Below, piece after piece: positions 1-7,754 of a stretch of 13,149 nt of DNA. The notes under the pieces are model-generated. The model was not told where the DNA came from. It worked only from the letters and a program-made list of their open reading frames with translations, and ran no database searches. Source of the DNA: PVC group bacterium (lineage in GTDB: Bacteria; Auribacterota; Erginobacteria; Erginobacterales; Erginobacteraceae); NCBI GenBank assembly GCA_043804695.1, contig JAZDIV010000102.1:1-13149 (forward strand), written 5' to 3'. The first letter of the stretch is position 1; each line of letters begins with the position of its first letter. The position numbers and the translations under genes were made by a program.

Positions 1-1
1 C

Positions 2-463
2 TTCCTGCTGCTGTACGGCGGACCGAAACTGGTAATGGCGGGAGGTTACTGCGTAAACGGCGTTGAGAAACTGACGGTGAATTGGTTCCCCTCCGGCTGG
101 AGCGGGAAGATGAAGCAGCGGACGGCGATCCAGATCCCCCAACCCTTCTATACCGGGTACGCGAACGGAGACGAGGAGACGTTGATCCAGATGGCGGCGA
201 CCGGGTTTACCCCCCCGGCCTGGGTGCCGCAGCCGGGAGGGGTGACTTTCGTGGCGACATTGACCTACCGGGACGAGAACGGTTCCCTCAAGGAGAAGTC
301 CGTCTACAGGTCCGCCTGGTTCGGCATCTTCCAGTTCGGGTTCTTCCTCCCGGCAAGTCTCAACGCCGACGGGAGCGGGGACGCGGCACGGGATGATGAG
401 AACCGGGACGAACGATCAACTGAAGAGGAAGCAACTCAAAACACCCGGGGGAGCCGCCGGTAG
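2..463 (+). CDS. Hypothetical protein, 5'-truncated by the window edge
   Basis: The frame of ORF 35..463 is already open at position 2 (FLLLYGGPKLVM...), so the real start probably lies upstream. Codon usage is GC3-rich, the C-terminal tail is acidic and low-complexity, and no family motif was recognised. Confidence 0.65.
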   Translation, partial: FLLLYGGPKLVMAGGYCVNGVEKLTVNWFPSGWSGKMKQRTAIQIPQPFYTGYANGDEETLIQMAATGFTPPAWVPQPGGVTFVATLTYRDENGSLKEKSVYRSAWFGIFQFGFFLPASLNADGSGDAARDDENRDERSTEEEATQNTRGSRR

Positions 464-517
464 GGGTCTGCTTTTCCAATCATTTGAGTGATTCCAAATC
501 ACAACCAGGAGGTAATT

Positions 518-2188
518 ATGAAGTTGCATTGGTATCTTATTGCCGGAGTCGGGTTATTAACGGTGTTATTGTCGGCGGGGATGGGGAGGCCAACACTCGC
601 CGCGGACTTTAACGGGGACGGGACGGGGGATATCGCGATCGTCCGGCCCGGAACCGGGCTCTGGGCGGTGCGGGGAGTTACCCGTTTATATTTCGGGATT
701 TCGGGTGATGACCCGGTTCCCGGCGATTATAACGGGAACGGGATCGACAAACCGGCTATTTTCCGTGCCGCGAGCGGTCTCTGGGCCGTCCGCGACGTCA
801 CCCGGGCTTACTTCGGGGCCTTTAACGACCAACCGAAACCGGGGGATTACAACGGGGACGGGACGGCCGACATCGGCATCTTCCGTCAATGGTGCGGACT
901 CTGGGCCGTCCGGGGCGTTACCCGCGTGTATTTTGGAAAGTCAGCGGATCTGGCGATCGAGGCCGGGAAAGTCAGGGCTCCGATCCGGACGCTTGACGGT
1001 TTTTCCACGGCCCAGGAAGCGGGGTACTACGAAGCCTTCGATTTGGCGGCCGCGCAACCGGCGCTGTCTTCCGCCAACATCAGAAGAGGGGTTGTGATTT
1101 TCGGCGTCGCGGGGAATCCCAACGTGGTGAACACCTCGAGCGGCAACGCGGCGGCCGGCGATGTCAGGGCGGGCAAAAAGGCCTGGGTGGACGGGGCGGA
1201 AGTGACCGGGACGATCGCGACGCGGACGCTGTCGGCGGGCAGCGAAACGGTTGAAGCCGGCTACTACGCGGCGACGACGCTGAGCGCGGTGGACGGCGAC
1301 TTGGCGGCAGGTAACATAAAGTCGGGGGTCACTATCTTCGGCAAGGTGGGTACGGTGGTGAAGGCCACGGGGGACGCGGCGGTCGAGCAGGTGCTTGCCG
1401 GGGCGACCTTTTCAAAGGCAGGCGAGGCCGGGTTGACCGGGACGATGACGAATGTCGGCCAGCAGGACATCATGCCCGGGACGACCGTACAGCCGATCAC
1501 CCGGGGCTACCACAACGGGACGGGCGAGGTGGCGGGGGACGCGGACCTGGTGACCGCGAACATCAGGTCGGGGGTGACGATATTCGGAGTGGCGGGAAAG
1601 ACCGAAGTGGTGGACACCTCCACCGGCGACGCGGCGGCGGGGGAAATCCTGGCCGGCAAAAAGGCGTGGGTTGACGGGTCGGAGATAACGGGGACGATGC
1701 CCGCCGGCCGTCTGCTCAGGACCGGCCAGACTACCAGTTACCTGACCGGCGACGACGGAACCTACCAGACAGGGACGGCTTTCAGCTACCAGACCTTGGA
1801 CCCCGCCGGCAACGGCGAGATCGTCACGATTGACAATGTTACCGGCCTGATGTGGGCCTCGGTCGGGGACGGAGCGGGGTGCAATTGGGGAACCGACACA
1901 GACTGGGCTGCGGCGATCGACTGGGCCGAGGGTCTGAGTTTTGCGAATCAGGCTGACTGGAGGCTGCCGAACCGCAGAGAACTGGAATCAATAGTCGATT
2001 TCGGGCAATATGACCCTGCAATCAATACCACCTATTTCCCAAACACTGTGCCGAACTTCTACTGGTCCGGCAGTACCAACGAGGGCTTTGTGCACAACGC
2101 CTGGGCCGTCGACTTTAACTACGGCTACGTGATCGACGCCGTTAAGAGCAACTGCTTCTGGGTTCGCGCGGTCCGTGGCGGCGAGTAG
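518..2188 (+). CDS. Secreted/surface adhesin-like protein: signal peptide, 3 FG-GAP-like repeats, Gly-rich tail-fibre-like repeats and a C-terminal DUF1566 (Lcl C-terminal, C-type-lectin-fold) domain; candidate DGR target
   Basis: AGGAGG at 507-512 precedes ATG 518. Signal peptide MKLHWYLIAGVGLLTVLLSAGMGRPTLA. Three copies of D(F/Y)NGxGxxxxAIxRxxxGLWAVRxVTRxYFG. Repeated NI(R/K)xGVxIFGxxG and AGKKAWVDGxExTGT units. DUF1566 hallmarks: TGQTTSY..GDDG, DNVTGLMW, W..A..WAEGL, DWRLPNRRELESI, YWSGS, AWAVDF..G, VRAVRGG. Confidence 0.9.
   Translation: MKLHWYLIAGVGLLTVLLSAGMGRPTLAADFNGDGTGDIAIVRPGTGLWAVRGVTRLYFGISGDDPVPGDYNGNGIDKPAIFRAASGLWAVRDVTRAYFGAFNDQPKPGDYNGDGTADIGIFRQWCGLWAVRGVTRVYFGKSADLAIEAGKVRAPIRTLDGFSTAQEAGYYEAFDLAAAQPALSSANIRRGVVIFGVAGNPNVVNTSSGNAAAGDVRAGKKAWVDGAEVTGTIATRTLSAGSETVEAGYYAATTLSAVDGDLAAGNIKSGVTIFGKVGTVVKATGDAAVEQVLAGATFSKAGEAGLTGTMTNVGQQDIMPGTTVQPITRGYHNGTGEVAGDADLVTANIRSGVTIFGVAGKTEVVDTSTGDAAAGEILAGKKAWVDGSEITGTMPAGRLLRTGQTTSYLTGDDGTYQTGTAFSYQTLDPAGNGEIVTIDNVTGLMWASVGDGAGCNWGTDTDWAAAIDWAEGLSFANQADWRLPNRRELESIVDFGQYDPAINTTYFPNTVPNFYWSGSTNEGFVHNAWAVDFNYGYVIDAVKSNCFWVRAVRGGE
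604..935 (+). repeat. Three tandem FG-GAP/VCBS-like coding repeats, about 40 aa (120 nt) each
   Basis: DFNGDG (604), DYNGNG (724) and DYNGDG (844) are spaced exactly 120 nt apart, and each is followed by GLWAVR(G/D)VTR(L/A/V)YFG. Confidence 0.9.
1076..1699 (+). repeat. Internal stalk repeats, including a ~46-aa duplication (about 1076-1215 and 1559-1699)
   Basis: NIRRGVVIFGVAGNPNVVNTSSGNAAAGDVRAGKKAWVDGAEVTGT versus NIRSGVTIFGVAGKTEVVDTSTGDAAAGEILAGKKAWVDGSEITGT, plus a third partial unit NIKSGVTIFGKVG...ATGDAAVEQVLAG. Confidence 0.85.
2051..2188 (+). other. Putative DGR variable repeat (VR) at the 3' end of the DUF1566 domain
   Basis: It spans the YWS...AWxVxF..G.V......K.....VRAVRGG segment that DGRs diversify in this fold. 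Of its 45 sense codons, none ends in A and 29 end in C, whereas 8 of the 30 preceding codons end in A. A GC-rich end and hairpins follow. No template repeat is present in the window. Confidence 0.55.
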
Positions 2189-2225
2189 CCCCGATGGGAT
2201 AGGCTTCGCCATCCAACGGGGTAAA
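2189..2225. repeat. Imperfect stem-loop (CCCCG...CGGGGTAAA), possibly a small REP/MITE-like palindrome
   Basis: CCCCGATGGGATAGGC-TTC-GCCATCCAACGGGG begins immediately after the TAG stop codon. Confidence 0.55.
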
Positions 2226-2246
2226 CCGTCGAATTGGCACTTTGAC

Positions 2247-2280
2247 CCGTCCCGTCCCCGCGGACGCGGGGACGGGGCGG
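2247..2280. other. GC-rich 15-bp hairpin with a 4-nt loop (candidate DGR target hairpin/cruciform, or terminator stem)
   Basis: CCGTCCCGTCCCCGC-GGAC-GCGGGGACGGGGCGG, with 14 of 15 Watson-Crick pairs and one G:T. No long U-tract follows. Confidence 0.65.
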
Positions 2281-2385
2281 TGAAATATTTTGGGATACGG
2301 CCAAGGCTAAGAGCGGCGGAAACGTTTTTAAAGGTCGCAGACTTTCCCGACGGCCTATTATGCTTTGCTCCGGCCCTTTTCCCCT

Positions 2386-2450
2386 GAATTTTATCAAAAA
2401 TTATGGGAAGGAAACCGGCCCGGCCGCATTTTACTATTAAAAGGAATCAA
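2386..2450 (+). repeat. 65-bp direct repeat, copy 1 (probable promoter/leader element)
   Basis: GAATTTTATCAAAAATTATGGGAAGGAAACCGGCCCGGCCGCATTTTACTATTAAAAGGAATCAA matches 7700..7764 at 62 of 65 positions. Confidence 0.95.
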
Positions 2451-2582
2451 GCAGTTTGCCGGTTGGGCGGGGATAAGGGGGTATGGCGGGGGGCTTTTCG
2501 AATAAAGTATAGCCATAACTTCTTCGAATAATTTTATTATCCAGTAGAAGCTGCAGGTACAGTAGCATCAGGAGGAATCTTT

Positions 2583-4595
2583 ATGAAAGGTACTTTGGCT
2601 CCAATTTTAGTGTTGTTAGGTATGGTATTAGTTTTTCATCCGGCCGGTGGAAATATCTGGGCCACGATCGAGGACGACATCAAACTCCTGGAGGATGAAT
2701 ACAACATTTCCTTTGTTTATTATGTCGATGATAAAGGCAACACCGACTCTATCATTAAGTATAATCAACTTGATCAGGTGGTTCAGGGGATATTCTCTTA
2801 CCCCGAGCCTGTCCTCGAGTTCAACGCGGAAATTTGCGGCCTGACGATAAACCTTTATGGCGATGCACTGGCGGATACCATGGATGAGGTATGCCCTGAA
2901 ATCGCCGGTTGTGACCTCCCTTCGTGTTATAAAGATGGTGAAATACATCTCGCCCCGGGTCAGGGATCTTCCACGGCAATTCATGAGCTGGCTCATCATT
3001 TTGGCGCGACGCTGATCCTTAGTGACATATACACTGATTCTGAAGAAAATCCTTATGGAGGACTTAAGGGAAAGTACTTTGACACTTTTTCCATTGATAA
3101 AAAATATCAAGATATTGACTCCCTTAACTATAACCAGGATCATGGGTATGATCTTCCCCCAGGCTATGTGAACTGGTACAGCTTGATAAATCATAAAGAG
3201 AACTTTGCCGTTCATGTGGAGTGGTATGCCACGGATCCAGAGTGGATTATGATTCAGCTTATCGAACAGTATAATAATGGCGAGGAACTTTTCTATGAGA
3301 AATATGAATTTATAAGGAAGTACATATTCTTTGGTAAGGAGTTCGGCGAGAAACCTCTCGCCTACAACCTTGACCCGCCTGAATACAAGATGGAGGTTGG
3401 AATTCAACAACCAATTTATATAACGCGGGGCAATTCTAAGCTCATACCAATAAATGCTCAGATCTTTTACGGTGGATATGGTGGTGATGATGCATCCTTA
3501 ACTGTCAGCCTTGATTACGATAACACACCTGAGGGGTTATCGGTCTCCCTGGAACCCGGATGGCTAAAACTAAGCGGCGTTAATAATATCGCAACCACAT
3601 ACATCAATGTTTCGGCAGACTGCGATATGGAGGCCGGCCAATACGAGTTTGACCTCTGGGGCGGGACGTCCTACTGGGTGGATCAAAATAGCAGCAATCT
3701 TTGCAAGATAGTTATCGAGGTTCTGGAGGACGAATTTTCCGTAAGCGGCCCCCTTCCGTTAGGGCTCCTCCCCGGAGATAAAATTATAACCTCCCTCTCT
3801 ATCTCATCGAGCAATGGCGCGTGTTCTCAGATAGTTGAGCTGGCTATAAATGAAGATGATATCCCTGATGGAATGCATGTTGAGTTGGAACCATTGTCCG
3901 TCGAGTTTGAAGGGGGATACGAGAAAGTGGGATTGTCCATCTGGACGGATTGGGATGCCACGCCGGGCGAATACAAGATCCCTATCAATGCGTATCCGGA
4001 GTATTCCTCTTATGGCAAAACAAAATTTATGTTGGTGATAACAATACTCCCTCAGTTTACGATGAGCATCGAGCCCGGGGAGGGCCCCCTTTCTCTGAAG
4101 GTAGTCCTGGAAAACCAGGCGGTTAACGCTCCCTCATATCATGTGGAGTTAAGCTGTGCTAGCTCTCTGCCGACGATCTTTGATCCCAAGGAGGTAGTGC
4201 TGGGAGGGGGCTCGAATTCCATGGCTTGCTCTCATCTTTATTATCAGCTGCCGCTCTGGCTCTGGTCTTCCACATGCCCGAATCAAGTTAGTTGCCCGAA
4301 GACATTGATAATCAAGGTGAAGGCCAAGTCGCCTGACTTCGACTGGCCTGAGGTGACATGCAGCTACGCTGTTAAATTTGATCCATGTGCTCCTCTTATA
4401 AGGAAGTCGTATAAGGCAAGGGCGAATGAGGAAGAAGTTCCTAAGCCCCTCTGTGAAACCAAGCCCAAGTTGCACACCGACCTGAACGACCTGATAAAGA
4501 TGGAGCCCCCCGTTAAGTGGAACGGCCAGCCTTTCCCTCCAATGCCAGGGCCCGATCCGAGGAGTTTTAAAGACGGAAGTAGATATATGCGTTAA
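2583..4595 (+). CDS. Secreted zinc metallopeptidase (HExxH; gluzincin/lethal-factor-like) with about 3 C-terminal Ig-like beta-sandwich repeats and a Pro-rich tail
   Basis: GGAGGA RBS and a hydrophobic signal peptide. HELAH at 2982-2996, with a downstream GYVNWYSLINHKENFA resembling the Y...E(D/N)FA third-ligand motif. Repeats PEGLSVSLEP...AGQYEFDL and PDGMHVELEP...TPGEYKIPI. The C-terminus contains PFPPMPGPDPRSFK. Confidence 0.8.
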   Translation: MKGTLAPILVLLGMVLVFHPAGGNIWATIEDDIKLLEDEYNISFVYYVDDKGNTDSIIKYNQLDQVVQGIFSYPEPVLEFNAEICGLTINLYGDALADTMDEVCPEIAGCDLPSCYKDGEIHLAPGQGSSTAIHELAHHFGATLILSDIYTDSEENPYGGLKGKYFDTFSIDKKYQDIDSLNYNQDHGYDLPPGYVNWYSLINHKENFAVHVEWYATDPEWIMIQLIEQYNNGEELFYEKYEFIRKYIFFGKEFGEKPLAYNLDPPEYKMEVGIQQPIYITRGNSKLIPINAQIFYGGYGGDDASLTVSLDYDNTPEGLSVSLEPGWLKLSGVNNIATTYINVSADCDMEAGQYEFDLWGGTSYWVDQNSSNLCKIVIEVLEDEFSVSGPLPLGLLPGDKIITSLSISSSNGACSQIVELAINEDDIPDGMHVELEPLSVEFEGGYEKVGLSIWTDWDATPGEYKIPINAYPEYSSYGKTKFMLVITILPQFTMSIEPGEGPLSLKVVLENQAVNAPSYHVELSCASSLPTIFDPKEVVLGGGSNSMACSHLYYQLPLWLWSSTCPNQVSCPKTLIIKVKAKSPDFDWPEVTCSYAVKFDPCAPLIRKSYKARANEEEVPKPLCETKPKLHTDLNDLIKMEPPVKWNGQPFPPMPGPDPRSFKDGSRYMR

Positions 4596-4751
4596 GTTGG
4601 AGAGCTGGTTTTGGTTCTGCTTGAGGCCCGCCGCCGCGCCGGGGATGCCTTGCCCGGCAGATTGGACACGTCTTCGCGAGATGAGCAGCGTACCGAAGAC
4701 AGACCGCCCCTGCCGGCCGTCAAGGGAAAAAAATTTACGCCCGGGAAACGA

Positions 4752-4781
4752 TTGAACGCCCCGGGGCACAAATGTTATTAT
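4752..4781 (+). promoter_or_regulatory. Possible sigma70-type promoter for the nuclease gene
   Basis: TTGAAC (4752-4757), an 18-bp spacer, then extended -10 TGtTATTAT (4773-4781), just upstream of ATG 4791. Confidence 0.35.
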
Positions 4782-4790
4782 TGCCCCGCT

Positions 4791-5660
4791 ATGGATATAA
4801 AACGGCTTGAGAGGGGAAAAGTGGCAATAATTCTTCTGGCGCTTTTCCTCTCCCTCCCCTCCCGCGCCGCGGCCTGGGGAGGGTGGCATCATGAGCTGAT
4901 CGCCGAGATCGCCGAAGAGAACCTGACGCCGGCGGCCCGGGCGGAGATTAAAAATATCCTCGGGCCTGGCGGCCGCCTCGCCGCCGCGGCCAACTGGGCG
5001 GATGAAGTGCGCCCCCTTCGCCACTGGACGGCCCCCTGGCATTACATCAACTACCCCCTCGAACTCGACGAACCGGAATATGACATCATGAACACGCCGG
5101 AGGGAAACGTAGTCTGGGCGATTGAAAAACAGATCGCCCTCCTGAAAGACCCGGCGGTCAGGGCAATCAAGCGGGAGGAGGCCTTAAAATTTCTGGTCCA
5201 TTTCATGGGGGACCTTCACCAGCCCCTCCATTGCGGAATGGGGGAGGACCGGGGGGGCAATGACGTCGCCGTCACCTGGCGCGGCAGTGTGACAAACCTC
5301 CATAAATGTTGGGATATCCATCTTTACCGGGGCGAAGGCGAAAGTCCGGCGGTCGGGGCGGTTCTCCTTGAGGCGGAGATCACCCCCGGGGAGCGGGCGA
5401 AGATCATGAGCGGGCGGCCTTATGACTGGATGGTGGAATCCCACCTGCTGGCGAGAAGAGTCTGCTACAGCCGCCTCGGGCCGCCGCACGACGTTTCCCG
5501 CTGGCGTCCGCTCCCGGAACTGGAGGGGCCGTACGCACGGGCGGCGCGGACGGTGATCAAGAGAAGGCTGGTGGAGGCGGGCCTCCGCCTGGCGATGGTT
5601 TTAAACGGGGTTTTCGAGGTGAAAAATGTTCCCGCGGAAAGCACCTCATCAACAGATTAA
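4791..5660 (+). CDS. S1/P1 nuclease (secreted, tri-zinc, single-strand-preferring nuclease family)
   Basis: The signal peptide ends in AAA, followed by mature N-terminal WGGWHH. Motifs WADEVR, PWHYIN, ALKFLVHFMGDLHQPLH, DRGGN and NLHKCWD match the family zinc-ligand pattern. The start is ATG 4791 or GTG 4821 (preceded by GAGAGGGG), not 4611. Confidence 0.95.
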   Translation: MDIKRLERGKVAIILLALFLSLPSRAAAWGGWHHELIAEIAEENLTPAARAEIKNILGPGGRLAAAANWADEVRPLRHWTAPWHYINYPLELDEPEYDIMNTPEGNVVWAIEKQIALLKDPAVRAIKREEALKFLVHFMGDLHQPLHCGMGEDRGGNDVAVTWRGSVTNLHKCWDIHLYRGEGESPAVGAVLLEAEITPGERAKIMSGRPYDWMVESHLLARRVCYSRLGPPHDVSRWRPLPELEGPYARAARTVIKRRLVEAGLRLAMVLNGVFEVKNVPAESTSSTD

Positions 5661-5711
5661 CACGGATTCATAGAGTAGCCGGTAATCTCGCTACTTGCTG
5701 CTCTCCACTCT

Positions 5712-5800
5712 CTATCTTGTCACCGGGATGTCTCCGGCGATTCCAAAGTAGCAGCGGGTGATCTTCTTCGCCGCCTGGAGGCCGGAATTTTGGATTTCAT
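5712..5800 (-). pseudogene. Possible degenerate MraZ-like gene fragment
   Basis: The minus strand reads AAKKITRCYFGIAGDIPV, followed by (g)AC AAG = DK if one base is restored. This resembles the MraZ A+xFxRxFFxxAxxxxVDKxGR segment. The match is short and weak. Confidence 0.2.
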
Positions 5801-5853
5801 TACACGACTTACGCACTTTAGTGGGATTTTGAGCCACTTTATTGATCAAACAC

Positions 5854-5882
5854 AGGGTATCAGGCATCTTTGGGGGTGTCAA
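5854..5882 (-). promoter_or_regulatory. Sigma70-like promoter firing leftward
   Basis: The minus strand has TTGACA (5882-5877), a 17-bp spacer and extended -10 TGaTACCCT (hexamer at 5859-5854). AAAGTG-containing boxes follow (aaagtggctc-aaaatcccac-taaagtgcgt). Confidence 0.5.
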
Positions 5883-5949
5883 GGCGTGCAGCGAAGGCAA
5901 AGATTGAGCGTTGGGAATGGAGAGAGACGTTAGCGCAAGCCCTGACTAA

Positions 5950-6240
5950 TCAGGCAGCCTTTTCCAGCAGAGGCTGGCAATGGATTTTCATCCGTGCCAA
6001 CCGCCAGAGCTGCTTGCGCATTATCTTTTTCATCTTTTCCATTTGCTCAAGATCCTCCGCCGGAGCCGGTTGGAGAGTGGCCAACTGTAAGCCCCGCTTT
6101 TCGGTTTTGCGGAGGCGAGAACCCTCCGGCCGATGGTTCTTGCCTGAAGTTTTCGCCCCTGGTAAACGCGGCGTCAACGCTTCTTTTCGTCCATCGGCTT
6201 AGCCCATCCAGGTGAGCCGTGAACATCTCCACAACGTGAT
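5950..6240 (-). pseudogene. Small hypothetical ORF or gene remnant, divergent from the transposase
   Basis: ORF 5950..6177 has a helical, protein-like C-terminus (EDLEQMEKMKKIMRKQLWRLARMKIHCQPLLEKAA). A duplicated SD-like GAAAGGAGGCG lies at about 6245-6266 on the minus strand, with an in-frame TAA between it and the ORF. Confidence 0.25.
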
Positions 6241-6324
6241 TATACGCCTCCTTTCCGCCTCCTTTCTCTTCCGAATTATACCGCTTCATCCGCTTCCCTG
6301 AAAGCAAAATGCGGTATCAAAGCA

Positions 6325-6364
6325 CAGTAGACAAATCGTTTCGATCGAAACAATTTGTCTACTG
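6325..6364. repeat. 40-bp spacerless palindrome with one mismatched pair
   Basis: CAGTAGACAAATCGTTTCGA|TCGAAACAATTTGTCTACTG; the arms are complementary at 19 of 20 positions. Confidence 0.95.
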
Positions 6365-6537
6365 CCAGCATGTTTTCAAATATGGAAAGACGGGTATTCA
6401 GCACTTATACGGGCGGGATAGGGTTACCTGCTGAGAGAGGATAAAGACGGGTCACCGATAGTTATACCTTACTCGAAAAGGTAAATAACAAAAGTTAATA
6501 ATACAAAAACAATCGTAGAAAACGAAGGAGAAAAAGC

Positions 6538-6565
6538 TTGTAAAAGTGCCGCAACATGCTACAAT
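6538..6565 (+). promoter_or_regulatory. Probable transposase promoter
   Basis: TTGTAA (6538-6543), a 16-bp spacer and extended -10 TGcTACAAT (6557-6565), with an A-rich upstream tract. AGGAGG at 6585-6590 precedes ATG 6597. Confidence 0.5.
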
Positions 6566-6596
6566 TAGCCAACTAACGAGAATTAGGAGGCTACAA

Positions 6597-7754
6597 ATGA
6601 AAGCATGTGCGGCACATCATAATCTACCATCTCCCACCCCTGTCGGTAACTTATTTTTACCGGTTCCGGACACGGAATTCCACGATTTCCTGGAACAAAT
6701 GGATGAATTAGTCAGATTCTCCCCCGAGATTCTGGAGGCGATCGAGCAAGATTTAGACGAACACGGAAAAAAGAAGAAAAAAATTCGTCGAGCGGATCAA
6801 CGATTCGTTGAAGAGTTGACCGGGGGGCTGCCCGGCATACACGTAGACGAATATACAGTCAGCGATTTCGAGGTGCGTCTGGGTGTGGGACGTCCCCGTC
6901 TGTCGGCCTATCTGACATATGTGTTTTTAATGATCCGGGGGAAACTGGGATCGGTAACGAGCCGGGAAGCGGTAACATTTATGCGGGAATCGATCTCTCT
7001 GTACTCATTCCTTCACGAGCGCGGCTATTCGATGCCGGCTTCAACCACGATCCTGGAAAACATAAACGCGGTCAGTAATGAACCACGGGAAATGATCTTT
7101 AAAAGTCAGCTTCTTTTTATCCTGGAGGAAGGATTGGATGATTATCAAAAGACGATCATCGACTCGACCCAGGTTGAAGCAAACTCCGCCTGGCCGACGG
7201 ACTCAAAGATTTTAACGGGGTTGTTAAGTCGGGCCCACCGTCTGGGGCAGAAGCTGGAGCTGTTTGAACTTCCCAACTTTCACGGGTGGTGGATGCATCA
7301 ATGGCTGCGGAAGATGAGGAGATTGGATCTGAAGATTAATCTGGCGGCGGGCAAGCCTCATTCGAAGAGGAAGATAAAGAAATACTATCGACGGCTATTG
7401 GAGTTTGGCCACAGAGCGGTCGCGCATCTGGACAAGGAATTGCAGGGGGTAGAGGATACCTATCAACCATATGATTATTTGTTTCCCGGTCGTCGGAAGA
7501 TGCTCAGTGCGGTACTGGAACAGATTCATGAAGATATCGGAGATGCCGGCCGGGTAATTCGATATGCCGAGGAGCGAATTTTTGAGGGAAGAATCAGGAG
7601 TTCACGGGATAAAGTATTGAGCTTGTCGGATAAGACGGCGGCTTATATCGAGAAGGGAGTCCGGGAAGCGGTAATCGGCTACAAGCCGCAGAAAGCCCGG
7701 AATTTTATCGAGAATTATGGGAAGGAAATCGGCCCGGCCGCATTTTACTATTAA
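6597..7754 (+). pseudogene. IS5/ISNCY-like DDE transposase, C-terminally truncated at about 7691
   Basis: Motifs GRP, IDSTQVEANSAWPTDSKIL (first catalytic Asp at 7161) and DKVLSLSDKTAAYIEKGVREAVIGYKPQ. Right after GYKPQ the frame runs into the non-coding 65-bp repeat and stops, so the region expected to hold the remaining catalytic D/E residues is missing. No terminal inverted repeats were identified. Confidence 0.8.

Noticed and set aside
2628..3410. 260-aa minus-strand ORF
   Set aside because: It is an antisense shadow of the metallopeptidase, which has the RBS, signal peptide and catalytic motifs. The shadow ORF has no recognisable features.
4611..4790. N-terminal extension of the nuclease ORF from TTG 4611
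   Set aside because: The signal peptide and mature Trp1 place the start at 4791 or 4821, and a promoter-like sequence lies within the extension.
4149..5042. 297-aa minus-strand ORF
   Set aside because: It overlaps two well-supported + strand genes and has an Arg/Gly-rich shadow-ORF composition.
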